A stretch of DNA of 64,000 nucleotides. It comes from Candidatus Uhrbacteria bacterium (GTDB taxonomy: Bacteria > Patescibacteriota > Patescibacteriia > UBA9934 > GWF2-40-263). The number at the start of each line of letters is the position of its first letter. The stretch's first letter is position 1. The notes beneath the pieces were generated by a model, which made no database searches, was not told where the DNA came from, and worked only from the letters and a program-made list of their open reading frames with translations. The stretch covers positions 4,672 through 68,671 of the forward strand of contig JACRJU010000015.1 in NCBI GenBank assembly GCA_016219925.1. The letters are read 5' to 3'. The translations under genes and the position numbers were made by a program. Positions 54,130-63,071 of the stretch are shown here, piece after piece.

Positions 54130-55749
54130 TTATTGTCCGCTCGCTTTTTTTCGTTTGAGCGATCCGATGATTCCCATTGGGATGGTTCGCTTAACCGTCG
54201 CCATCACCTCGTCGAGGCTTTGTGCAGTGGGTTCCACGTCTCCTGGGCTGACGCCACCGTTTTGAATCGTGTTTGCGGCATCGTCGTAATACCACATTGG
54301 CACCTCTTTCATGTGTCCGGTGGCCTGCAGTTTTTGATGATCCACTGGCAGTTCAAGATGTTTTTTCAGGGCCTCGCCCAGTCGCAGAGCTTCAATCACC
54401 GGCCGCAGATCAATACTGCGCTCCTGTCGTGTGATGATATTGGTGTGTCCGGTTGATCGGCGTTGGACGATGAGATCCATCCGTTTTGCCGCGCGCAAAA
54501 ATCCCGGTAGGGCGATATTGTCGCTTTGCACAACAGCCGCTTTCAAATCGGCCGAACCCTGCTTGAGCTTGAGCACTTCTCCTTTGCCAGACGCTTGCAG
54601 GTCCTCCCATTCCTTGGGAAGCTCTTCTGCGCGTTTTTGCTCTTCGACGATATGGTAGTGCAATAAAGGGAGGATAAAATCCAGAACCTTCATCGGGTTA
54701 TCAGAAAAGGCGCGGTTAAGATTCATCATCAACCCAGACAACCCGAACGCGCGGTCGAGCGGATCGTCGCTGATTGTGCCTTTGCCTTCCAGATCGTCGC
54801 GTTTGGCCCAGGCCAGAATTTTTTGAAACGCTTTTTGATTTGCGAGCCCGAGATATTCCGCAACGAGGCTCGAAGCCGTCGCATCGCGCCGGCCGTTTGC
54901 TTTGTTGACGAGATGGTGATCGAACATTCCGCCGAGGTCAACGGTGAGTGTGCCTTTTTTTAACAGATTCTCCGCGGTCTCGCCTTCAGGCAGGGCCGGC
55001 CAAAAGATCACTTGAGCCTTGTCGATACCCGGAAATTTTTTTGTTCCAAAACGCGCGAGCAAGTACGCGGCGGTTGCGGTATCAGCTTGGATTTTTGGAA
55101 ATAACACCATCGTGTGTACAGGGATGCCCGCATCGTCAACAAATTTTTCCTGCGCGTCATCCCAGAAGTATCGTTTGAAATCGTTGTCCGACTTGCCGAC
55201 GAGCACCAGTTTGCCATCGAGAACAAGCGGAGGATCGAGCGGGGATTGTTTTGGCTTTTCATCAATAAACGGATCGTCGCCGCCGATCGAAACGTGAAAA
55301 TCTTTGTTTTCTTTGAGAAGACCGGAAGACAAAAGTTGTTGCCTGATGGTGACAAGCGGATTTCCCGAGTTCGCGTCTTTATCCCCCGAGCTTGCGACAG
55401 TTCCGTCGAATGACGGGGTCGAGGGGGCACGCACCGTTTTATCCCCCGAGCTTGTCGAGGGGGCAGAGGCGGACTGTGGGGTGAGATAGGTGTAAGAGCC
55501 CATTTGGCCGTAACCGTCGAATGTAAGAGTCGCGCGCGAAAGCGGCAGGTTTACGGTTTGCGAAAGAGTTTTCAGTTGAGCGGTCAGGGCTTCAACATCA
55601 ACGGAATCAAAATAACCGACCGTCAGATGATGTTCAGGTCGCTTTATGCGTTTTTCAATGCCATTTTTTCTCCAGGAGACGACCTGCGGATGCTGTTCGA
55701 TCTGTTCAAACGGCAGGTCGTATCCAATCCACGCGGATAAAAGGATCAT
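54130..55749 (-). CDS. Two-domain protein: N-terminal 2H-phosphoesterase-like (LigT-like) domain with an inserted Ser/Pro-rich 20-aa tandem repeat, plus an uncharacterised ~350-aa C-terminal domain
   Basis: Two H-x-T/S-x motifs are present (HHLTVGYF and FHVSIGG). The DNA has a 60-bp tandem duplication: TTTATCCCCCGAGCTTG at 55378 and again at 55438. The C-terminal domain has an FDHH motif but not the canonical DHH spacing. Start at MILLSAW. Confidence 0.5.
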   Translation of the reverse strand: MILLSAWIGYDLPFEQIEQHPQVVSWRKNGIEKRIKRPEHHLTVGYFDSVDVEALTAQLKTLSQTVNLPLSRATLTFDGYGQMGSYTYLTPQSASAPSTSSGDKTVRAPSTPSFDGTVASSGDKDANSGNPLVTIRQQLLSSGLLKENKDFHVSIGGDDPFIDEKPKQSPLDPPLVLDGKLVLVGKSDNDFKRYFWDDAQEKFVDDAGIPVHTMVLFPKIQADTATAAYLLARFGTKKFPGIDKAQVIFWPALPEGETAENLLKKGTLTVDLGGMFDHHLVNKANGRRDATASSLVAEYLGLANQKAFQKILAWAKRDDLEGKGTISDDPLDRAFGLSGLMMNLNRAFSDNPMKVLDFILPLLHYHIVEEQKRAEELPKEWEDLQASGKGEVLKLKQGSADLKAAVVQSDNIALPGFLRAAKRMDLIVQRRSTGHTNIITRQERSIDLRPVIEALRLGEALKKHLELPVDHQKLQATGHMKEVPMWYYDDAANTIQNGGVSPGDVEPTAQSLDEVMATVKRTIPMGIIGSLKRKKASGQ

Positions 55750-55843
55750 AGTACTTCTCATTATACAAAAAGAAGAGCCCCGCGCGAAGTCGAGTTCAGC
55801 CGTGATATGCACGGGACTCTTCTTCTCACGGGGCGAGATGGGT

Positions 55844-56293
55844 CTACAGGGTGGTCACCGTGACCACCCCGCCGTTGGTGTCCGGGCCGTAGATGCGCCA
55901 GGCACTCGTCGTCAGACCGAACTCGACGCGACAGCCCGGGGTGCTGTACGTGGGCTTGACGTTGACGGAGAGGAAGTACTGCACTTCCCCGTCGCGCCAC
56001 GACGGGGTCACGCGCCGGAGGTTGATCTCCACCGTGCCCTTCGCGACGCCGTCCACGACCTCGACGCCGTCGAAGAGGTGAACGAACACGCCCGCGATCT
56101 TGCCGCGGCGGTGGGTGGGCACGTTGCCCTCGGCCGTGATGTCCTCGAGCTGGCACTGGCCGATGACGACGAACGCCGTCTCCAGTTCGTCGATGTGGAA
56201 CTTCGCGATCGCGAGCGTTCCGCCCTTGGGGCCGGGCTTGCTACTGGTGGCGTACGGCCTTGCACACGCGATCAGGGTCTCGAGCTTCATCAT
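55844..56293 (-). CDS. Hypothetical beta-rich protein in a strongly GC-rich island
   Basis: It is a 149-aa ORF with codon third positions dominated by G/C, unlike its neighbours. No confident family assignment. Confidence 0.4.
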   Translation of the reverse strand: MMKLETLIACARPYATSSKPGPKGGTLAIAKFHIDELETAFVVIGQCQLEDITAEGNVPTHRRGKIAGVFVHLFDGVEVVDGVAKGTVEINLRRVTPSWRDGEVQYFLSVNVKPTYSTPGCRVEFGLTTSAWRIYGPDTNGGVVTVTTL

Positions 56294-56547
56294 CTTCTCC
56301 TTGCTGTCAGAATCCTCGAGAGGACGAAATCACCATGATCCCGCCCCCAGCTTCTCCCCATTTCCTTCGATCTGGGTAGAATGAGAGGCGCGATTGACGC
56401 TAGAACATATCACGTTTTAGGGCTTTTGTCAAGATGAGGCGTCCATATTTTCGCTTATTTTCAATCAAAAATAGCCACTTTACAGAAAATCCAAGATCGT
56501 ATACTTATATACACATCATTTAATTCGACATTTTCGAGAGGAGGCCT

Positions 56548-56988
56548 ATGACCATTGACGATCTTTTAACCATTCAGCCGGGCGCCCGCGTAAGCATCGC
56601 GAACCGGCCGTTTTCCTATGTGGGGCGCAGTGGGCTTAAGCTTGATGACGACTCGATCGTCTACTGGCTTTACGGTGATGATGATGAGCTGTTGAGCGTC
56701 ACGCCCGATGACGAAGAGCTGGTGCTTTTTGAGAGCCTTGAGGATGAGTTGGAGCCGGATGACAGTGTTTTTTTTCGGGGCAAAGAATACGAGTTTAGTT
56801 ACGAGAGCGCTGGGAAGATTACGCAAGTGGAAGGTGAGGCCGATACGGAAATGGATGATCGGTACCTGTTTTCTGAATATCAGTCGCCAGAAGGCGAGCG
56901 CTTGCGCATCGTGACAAATGAAAATACCGGCGAAGTGTGCGCCTATCTCGGTCACACCATTTCAGAAGACGACTTGAACGAGATTTGA
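56548..56988 (+). CDS. Hypothetical highly acidic protein
   Basis: It is a 146-aa Asp/Glu-rich ORF. AGGAGG lies 5 nt upstream of the ATG. Confidence 0.4.
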   Translation: MTIDDLLTIQPGARVSIANRPFSYVGRSGLKLDDDSIVYWLYGDDDELLSVTPDDEELVLFESLEDELEPDDSVFFRGKEYEFSYESAGKITQVEGEADTEMDDRYLFSEYQSPEGERLRIVTNENTGEVCAYLGHTISEDDLNEI

Positions 56989-57004
56989 TAAGATAAGGAG
57001 CGTC

Positions 57005-58198
57005 ATGCACCGCTCCCTTTCGATTATCGTCGTTGGTGTGCTCGTTGTGTTGTCGCTGACCGGAGCGTCGTATTTGGTGCTCACAAAATTTAGTCCTCAA
57101 CGCGAGATCCGCCTTATGCTTGTTGCCATGTCGGCTCAAGGGGCGTTTTCGCAAAATAGCGGCTGGAGCTGGACGCACACAGTAAATCAGAAACAGATCA
57201 CAACCACGCTCTATACTTCTGGTCAGATTGACTGGAGCGATCCCGCACGCATCAATCACCGCAGTGCGTTTCATCTTGTGCGTGTTGGGGACGAGAACGC
57301 CTATGCAAATCTTTCAGGCGAGTGGCGTCGGGTCAACGGCGTAGACTATCTGACGTATCATCCTCCCGGTCCCGTCGTTCCCGGCGTGGATTTTTCACAA
57401 GACGGCACATGGGTTTCTTTTGAGCAAAAAGAATTGGCCTCGTGGGGACCGATTTTGTTGGGGGTTGATGTCCCGCTTGATCTGACGCTCACCAAAACCG
57501 TATGGACACCCGAGGGATTGGAGCGTCTTCATGAGCTGTTGTCTGTGGCAGACGTTTTTCTCGTTTCTTACAACGGTCTGACTGAATTGATCGATGGCGC
57601 GCAAACGCGCATTCTGGACGCTCGGTTTGATAGCGATGCCTTACACGCATTCACCAATGCGCTCGTGCGCGCAAAAGAAGGCGACGAACCGACTGATGCC
57701 CAGCGCATCCGTGCCACAATGCTCGCCGATCAATTGCGACAACTCTCGCTCCGCTTCTGGATCGGCACAAAAGATCATCGTCTGTATCGTCTGCAAACGG
57801 CGGGTCCGATTTCGCAGGACAACGGGCAAGATCCAGTTCAAGCCGACATCCGCATCGATTTTCATTTTCCAAAACCCGCAGAGCTTATTGAGCCGCCATC
57901 GCGCGCGCTCACTTTCGCCACCCTGCTTCACGCCACGCTCACACCCTCCGCAAACGGCTCTCGCACCCTTGGCTCGCAACAGACTTTTGTGAATGATGCC
58001 ACCGTGCGTCTTCCGATTCAGCAAATAATTGACACGGAAGACATTGACAACGACGGCTTGCCCAGTTTATTGGAAGCCTTTTATGGAACAGATCCGACGC
58101 GTGCGGATTCGGATGGTGATGGTGTGAACGACGGTGATGAGGTGTCTCAAGGCAGAAATCCAAGCGGGAAGGGATCACTGTTTGGATTTGGTTTATGA
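57005..58198 (+). CDS. Membrane-anchored protein with C-terminal thrombospondin-type-3-like Ca-binding Asp-rich repeats; translationally coupled to ftsI
   Basis: It has an N-terminal TM helix. The C-terminus is DIDNDGLPSLLEAFYGTDPTRADSDGDGVNDGDEV. Its stop overlaps the ftsI start (ATGA at 58195). Confidence 0.45.
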   Translation: MHRSLSIIVVGVLVVLSLTGASYLVLTKFSPQREIRLMLVAMSAQGAFSQNSGWSWTHTVNQKQITTTLYTSGQIDWSDPARINHRSAFHLVRVGDENAYANLSGEWRRVNGVDYLTYHPPGPVVPGVDFSQDGTWVSFEQKELASWGPILLGVDVPLDLTLTKTVWTPEGLERLHELLSVADVFLVSYNGLTELIDGAQTRILDARFDSDALHAFTNALVRAKEGDEPTDAQRIRATMLADQLRQLSLRFWIGTKDHRLYRLQTAGPISQDNGQDPVQADIRIDFHFPKPAELIEPPSRALTFATLLHATLTPSANGSRTLGSQQTFVNDATVRLPIQQIIDTEDIDNDGLPSLLEAFYGTDPTRADSDGDGVNDGDEVSQGRNPSGKGSLFGFGL

Positions 58199-59973
58199 GT
58201 GCCCTGCGAAAATCTCGATGGTCAGATCGTTCGACGCCAAAGCGCGACACGCGTCTGCAGACCTTGCGGTTATTTATGTTGCTGTTTGCTTGCGTGATCG
58301 GGGTGAAACTGTTTGTCTTGCAAATTATTGATCATGGTTTTTATCAAGCTCTCGCCAGCGGCCAGCACGAGATTTTGCGCAACCTCATCCCAAATCGGGG
58401 CACCGTTTTTGTTCATGATTATAAAGATGAAAAATTGATTCCGGTAGCAACGAATCAGCTGCTCGCGCAGGTATACGCCGATCCACGCAAAGTCACGGAT
58501 CCCGAATCAACCGCTCAAGCGCTTGCAAAAATTTTTGGCTACGACGAAAAAAAAACTGCCGCTTTGCAAAAGCGTCTCGACCAACCGCAGGATCCGTATG
58601 AACCCATCGAACGCGAAGTGCCTGACGATCAACTTGATCGCCTGACCGCTTTAAATCTTCCCGGCATTGAGTTCACCCGCGAGGCATCGCGGTTGTACCC
58701 CGAGGCGTCCATGAGCGGGCATGTGATCGGATTTATGGGTTCAGATCAAGATGGAAATCGGTCGGGCAAATATGGGATTGAAGGATTTTTTAACGAGCTC
58801 CTTTCTGGGATTCCCGGAACTCTGCGTTCTGAAAAAGATATTTCCGGGCGACTGATTGCCGTGGGCGAACACGCGCTTGTTCCCGCTGTTGACGGAGCGG
58901 ATGTGGTTTTGACACTTGATCGCACCATCGAATTCAAAGCGTGTACGCTGTTGAAAGCCGCCGTGGAAAAACATGGCGCGGACGGCGGGAGTATCCTTGT
59001 GGTTGATCCTTCGACCGGGAAAATCTTGGCTATGTGCGGTGCGCCGGATTTTGATCCCAATCATTATTCATCGGTGAAATCCATCAATCAATTTAACAAT
59101 CCAACCATTTTTGATGCCTACGAACCCGGCTCGGTTTTCAAACCGATCACCATGGCCGCGGCCCTCGACGTTGGAGCCGTCACGCCTTCCACACATTTTG
59201 TGGACACTGGTTCGGTGAAAGTCGAGGGGTGGCCCAAACCGATCGGTAATGCGGAGGGGAAGTCTTACGGCGATTCCGACATGACAAAAGTGCTTGAAGA
59301 TTCGATCAATACCGGCATGGTTTTTGCCATGCGACAGATGGGGCAGGATGTGTTTGTGGATTATGTGAAGCGATTTGGTTTGGGAAAATTTACAGGGATC
59401 GAGCTTGAAACTGAAGCGTCGGGAAACATTTCAGCGCTCGAAAAAAAACCTGAACTGTATAAAGCCACCGCGACGTTTGGACAGGGGATCACCGCAACAC
59501 CACTCCAACTCCTCATGGCTTATGCGGCCATGGCGAACGGCGGGATGTTGAAGAAGCCGCTGATTGTGGATGAGGTGCGATATGCCGATGGGCGCGTGGA
59601 AAAACGCGAGCCACAGGATGTGGGGCGGGTGATGGATGAAAAAACATCGCGCACGATTGGGGCGATGTTGGTTTCGGTGATTGAACACGGTCATGGAAAA
59701 AAGGCCGGAGTGCCTGGATATTACATTGCGGGCAAAACCGGTACGGCGCAGGTTGCACGTCGTGATGGCAATGGCTATTCGGAAGACTCAACGATTGGTT
59801 CATTCGCGGGGTTTGGACCGGTTGAAGCGCCGAAATTCGCGATGATCGTGCGTGTGGATCATCCGCGCGATGTGGTGTGGGCGGAGTCTACGGCCGCGCC
59901 GCTATTTGGGGAAATGGCCCAGTTTCTGTTACAGTATTTCGAAGTACCACCCGTAAGAAAAGTTGAATTATGA
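58195..59973 (+). CDS. ftsI: Peptidoglycan D,D-transpeptidase FtsI / class B penicillin-binding protein
   Basis: It has an N-terminal TM helix and the transpeptidase motifs SVFK (GSVFKPITMAAAL), SIN and KTGTA. Confidence 0.9.
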   Translation: MSALRKSRWSDRSTPKRDTRLQTLRLFMLLFACVIGVKLFVLQIIDHGFYQALASGQHEILRNLIPNRGTVFVHDYKDEKLIPVATNQLLAQVYADPRKVTDPESTAQALAKIFGYDEKKTAALQKRLDQPQDPYEPIEREVPDDQLDRLTALNLPGIEFTREASRLYPEASMSGHVIGFMGSDQDGNRSGKYGIEGFFNELLSGIPGTLRSEKDISGRLIAVGEHALVPAVDGADVVLTLDRTIEFKACTLLKAAVEKHGADGGSILVVDPSTGKILAMCGAPDFDPNHYSSVKSINQFNNPTIFDAYEPGSVFKPITMAAALDVGAVTPSTHFVDTGSVKVEGWPKPIGNAEGKSYGDSDMTKVLEDSINTGMVFAMRQMGQDVFVDYVKRFGLGKFTGIELETEASGNISALEKKPELYKATATFGQGITATPLQLLMAYAAMANGGMLKKPLIVDEVRYADGRVEKREPQDVGRVMDEKTSRTIGAMLVSVIEHGHGKKAGVPGYYIAGKTGTAQVARRDGNGYSEDSTIGSFAGFGPVEAPKFAMIVRVDHPRDVVWAESTAAPLFGEMAQFLLQYFEVPPVRKVEL

Positions 59974-61253
59974 AGTCATTTATCCAAAAGTGTCTCGTTC
60001 AAAAAGTTCACGGCTTGATTGCGAAGCATCAACCGATCATTATCGGTGTCACGGGTTCTGTGGGAAAAACATCAACGCGCGATGCCATTGCCGCTTTGTT
60101 GTCTTCCACTCATGATGTTGCCCCCAACATCAAAAATTACAACAACGAATTCGGACTGCCTCTGACAATTTTGGGGAAAGTTTCTCCCGGTCGCTCGGTG
60201 TTCGGCTGGCTGTCGTTGTTGCTGTCCTCGCCCAAGCGGCTCCATCAGGTTTATGTGTTGGAGTATGCCATTGATCACCCCGGCGATATGGATCACTTGT
60301 GTGAAATCGTGATGCCTACCGTAGCGGTCATGACACGCATCTCTCCGGTGCACGCTGAATTTTTTCGTTCCATCGAAGAGCTCGCCGAAGAAAAAGCCAA
60401 ATTGATTGCGTGCGTGCCGGAAGATGGTTTGGTGGTGCTCAATGCGGATGATCCGCGTGTCATAGGTTTGTCTGGACACGCGCAAGCGCCACATGTCACG
60501 TATGGATTTTCTTCTTCCGCGGATGTTCATGTGGTGGATTATGGCGTATGGACGCGCGATGATTTTTCGTTCAAGCCGGGCGAGCTGTTTTCAAAAATGT
60601 CGTTCGGGATTGTTCAGAACGAGGGCCGACTTGATATGGAAATCAAAAATGTGCTCGGACGCAACGTGGCCGGTTCGATGGCGGCGGCTGTGGCTGTGGC
60701 TCGTCATTTGGGCGTGAGTGATGCCGATGTGTTTGCGTCGATTCCAAAAGTCGTGTTCGAACCAGGACGGCTCAATCCGATTGCGGGCATCAAAGGCTCG
60801 CTCATTTTGGACGGCAGTTATAATGCGGCGCCAGCATCCATGCAGGCGGCGCTCGAAACACTCGCAGAATTTCACCCCGCACAAAACGCGCGTCGCATCG
60901 CCGTGCTTGGACACATGGCCGAGCTGGGTGCTTACACCGGGGAAGAGCACAGGCAAATCGGGTTTAAGGCCGCCGAGGTCGGAGTGGATGTGCTCGTCGT
61001 TGTTGGGGAAGTGGCCGATGGGATTCGCCACGGCGCCATCGAAGCCGGAATGTCGGAATCGACGGTTGAGTTTTTTTCAGACCCGGTGAGTGCCGGCCAC
61101 TGGCTTGACGCGCACGTGCATACAGGCGATATTGTTTTGGTGAAAGGATCGCAGAGCGCGCGCATGGAGAAGGTGGTGAAGGATCTGATGGCTGAACCTC
61201 TGCGTGCTCCTGATCTGCTTGTGCGGCAAGAATCTTATTGGTTAGAAACTTAA
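59970..61253 (+). CDS. murF: UDP-N-acetylmuramoyl-tripeptide--D-alanyl-D-alanine ligase
   Basis: IIIGVTGSVGKTSTRD is the P-loop, and the middle and C-terminal Mur ligase domains are present. It follows ftsI. Confidence 0.85.
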   Translation: MKSFIQKCLVQKVHGLIAKHQPIIIGVTGSVGKTSTRDAIAALLSSTHDVAPNIKNYNNEFGLPLTILGKVSPGRSVFGWLSLLLSSPKRLHQVYVLEYAIDHPGDMDHLCEIVMPTVAVMTRISPVHAEFFRSIEELAEEKAKLIACVPEDGLVVLNADDPRVIGLSGHAQAPHVTYGFSSSADVHVVDYGVWTRDDFSFKPGELFSKMSFGIVQNEGRLDMEIKNVLGRNVAGSMAAAVAVARHLGVSDADVFASIPKVVFEPGRLNPIAGIKGSLILDGSYNAAPASMQAALETLAEFHPAQNARRIAVLGHMAELGAYTGEEHRQIGFKAAEVGVDVLVVVGEVADGIRHGAIEAGMSESTVEFFSDPVSAGHWLDAHVHTGDIVLVKGSQSARMEKVVKDLMAEPLRAPDLLVRQESYWLET

Positions 61254-61261
61254 TCTCATCT

Positions 61262-61849
61262 ATGGCGACACCAAAAAAGAAAGACGGCGCGGGAGGATTC
61301 AGTGTGACGATCATTTTTGTTTTAAGTATTGTCGTGCTGATTTTGATCTTTGTTCTGTTCTCACGCGATCAAGGCGCCAAGACGGTCGAGAAGACGCTCG
61401 CGAATCTCGCCACGACGAATCAAGAGCTTCAGAAGTCTCAACAAAAGGAGGCAATCAAACCACTTGCCGATCGGCTCAAAGATGCCAGTGTTGATCCCAA
61501 TAATGTGTGGATGATGGCGGATGGATGTAAAGAGCCCTATTGTTTGTTCATCAAGATTGCAACGGATGGCAAGGAGCCGGCCGTGGCAACCACGCGTGGA
61601 TTGGCGCGTTGGAAAGGGCGTTACGAGGATTATAAGGATAAGGGAGGCGCGGCGTGCGATGCGTTTATTCTCGAGGACAATACGGTGCACGCGATTGATA
61701 TGAGTTTGCTTGCGAGCCTCGAGCAGAAGTTGCTCAAGCAGTCGACGAATCAAGATCCGACACAGGTGAGCGTGTATGTGCGCGAGAATGATAAACCGGA
61801 AGATCCGTGTCATAATCCAGCCGTCGTGATGAACGTGCATTTCGAGTGA
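61262..61849 (+). CDS. Hypothetical membrane-anchored protein
   Basis: It has one N-terminal TM helix (FSVTIIFVLSIVVLILIFVLF) and a soluble domain with conserved Cys residues. Confidence 0.4.
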   Translation: MATPKKKDGAGGFSVTIIFVLSIVVLILIFVLFSRDQGAKTVEKTLANLATTNQELQKSQQKEAIKPLADRLKDASVDPNNVWMMADGCKEPYCLFIKIATDGKEPAVATTRGLARWKGRYEDYKDKGGAACDAFILEDNTVHAIDMSLLASLEQKLLKQSTNQDPTQVSVYVRENDKPEDPCHNPAVVMNVHFE

Positions 61850-61893
61850 TCTCTTGAATCAAGCGGTGGGATGTGTTATTCTGCCGCCGTCCC

Positions 61894-61968
61894 GGCCCCA
61901 TCGTCTAACGGTTAGGACGGCAGGTTCTCATCCTGCAAATCGGGGTTCGATTCCCCGTGGGGTCACCA
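61894..61968 (+). tRNA. tRNA-Glu (anticodon CTC), CCA encoded
   Basis: It has acceptor GGCCCCA/TGGGGTC, D-arm GTCTAACGGTTAGGAC, anticodon loop TTCTCAT, and a T-arm containing TTCGATT. Confidence 0.85.
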
Positions 61969-62002
61969 CAAAAACCGGCTGGCTTTTGCCAGGCGGTTTT
62001 TG
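61969..62002 (+). terminator. Rho-independent terminator after tRNA-Glu
   Basis: AAAACCGGCTGGC TTTT GCCAGGCGGTTTTTG forms a hairpin followed by a T-run. Confidence 0.6.
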
Positions 62003-62088
62003 TGACCTATGGGAATCGAACGCGAAAGGATTCGTGGACGCGTCGTTTTCCACAAAAAACCGAATTTGTTATATTGTTCAGGTTGTTT

Positions 62089-63045
62089 ATGAATCGTATT
62101 CTAGAAACCACCAAGTTTGTCGTTGACCATGCCGATCATGTTCGCATCAACCACGATCGTTTGATTGAATTTGCCGGCACGTTTGATCATGGATCGGCAA
62201 CACATTGGTTGCAAGCCGCTCCGTTTGATTTCTCCCATTTTTCAGATGAAGAAAAGCTCCATTTCCTCTTTCTCTTTAATGTATTGAGTTTTTGCTATTG
62301 GGGAGAACCCAAGTGGACCGTTCACTATCAGAACAAAAAATATGATGGAGCTTGGGGAATGATTTTGGCGCTAGGACGTGCCATCGAAGAAGAAGGAGAT
62401 CTCCTTAATTTCGATACATGCTCACGGTTGCCCAAGGAGACTTTTGCGTCCGTTTTGCGCGGCGATGGAGAGATCCCTTTGTTTGAAGAACGATGGAGCA
62501 TCGTGCAAGAAGTCGGAAAAATCATGGTTGAACAATTCGATGGAAAAGTTTCTATCCTTTTGGCTCGAGCAGACGGAGACGCTCATATTCTATTGGATCT
62601 GATCGACAAGGCATTTCCTTCTTTTTTTGACGCGTCCATTTATAAGAATCAAACGATCTTTTTTCAAAAGCGCGCGCAGTTGTTTGTGGCGGACGTTTAT
62701 CAAATTTTTGATGGAAAAAGTTTTGGAGCACTTCAAAAGGTTGATCAAATTACTGCTTGTGCAGATTACAAACTTCCACAAATTCTCCGCAAGTTTGATA
62801 TTCTTCAATACACAAAAGCTCTTTCACAAAAAATAGACTCCCAACAGGAACTCCCGCACGGATCAGTAGAGGAAATCGAAATTAGAGCCCACACGATTTG
62901 GGCCGTAGAGCAACTAACAAATGAAATCAAAAAACGCCTGCCGCACATTCAGGCGTTTCAAGTGAACGATCATTTATGGCTCGCCACACAGGAAAAATTC
63001 TCTATTGATAAGCCATACCATCGCACACGAACGACAGCATATTAG
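62089..63045 (+). CDS. Hypothetical protein (possibly DUF2419-type queuosine-salvage-like; weak)
   Basis: It is a 318-aa ORF that starts after the tRNA terminator. The family call is from vague recollection only. Confidence 0.35.
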   Translation: MNRILETTKFVVDHADHVRINHDRLIEFAGTFDHGSATHWLQAAPFDFSHFSDEEKLHFLFLFNVLSFCYWGEPKWTVHYQNKKYDGAWGMILALGRAIEEEGDLLNFDTCSRLPKETFASVLRGDGEIPLFEERWSIVQEVGKIMVEQFDGKVSILLARADGDAHILLDLIDKAFPSFFDASIYKNQTIFFQKRAQLFVADVYQIFDGKSFGALQKVDQITACADYKLPQILRKFDILQYTKALSQKIDSQQELPHGSVEEIEIRAHTIWAVEQLTNEIKKRLPHIQAFQVNDHLWLATQEKFSIDKPYHRTRTTAY

Positions 63046-63071
63046 CCTCATAGTTGTGTTATACTATTTTT

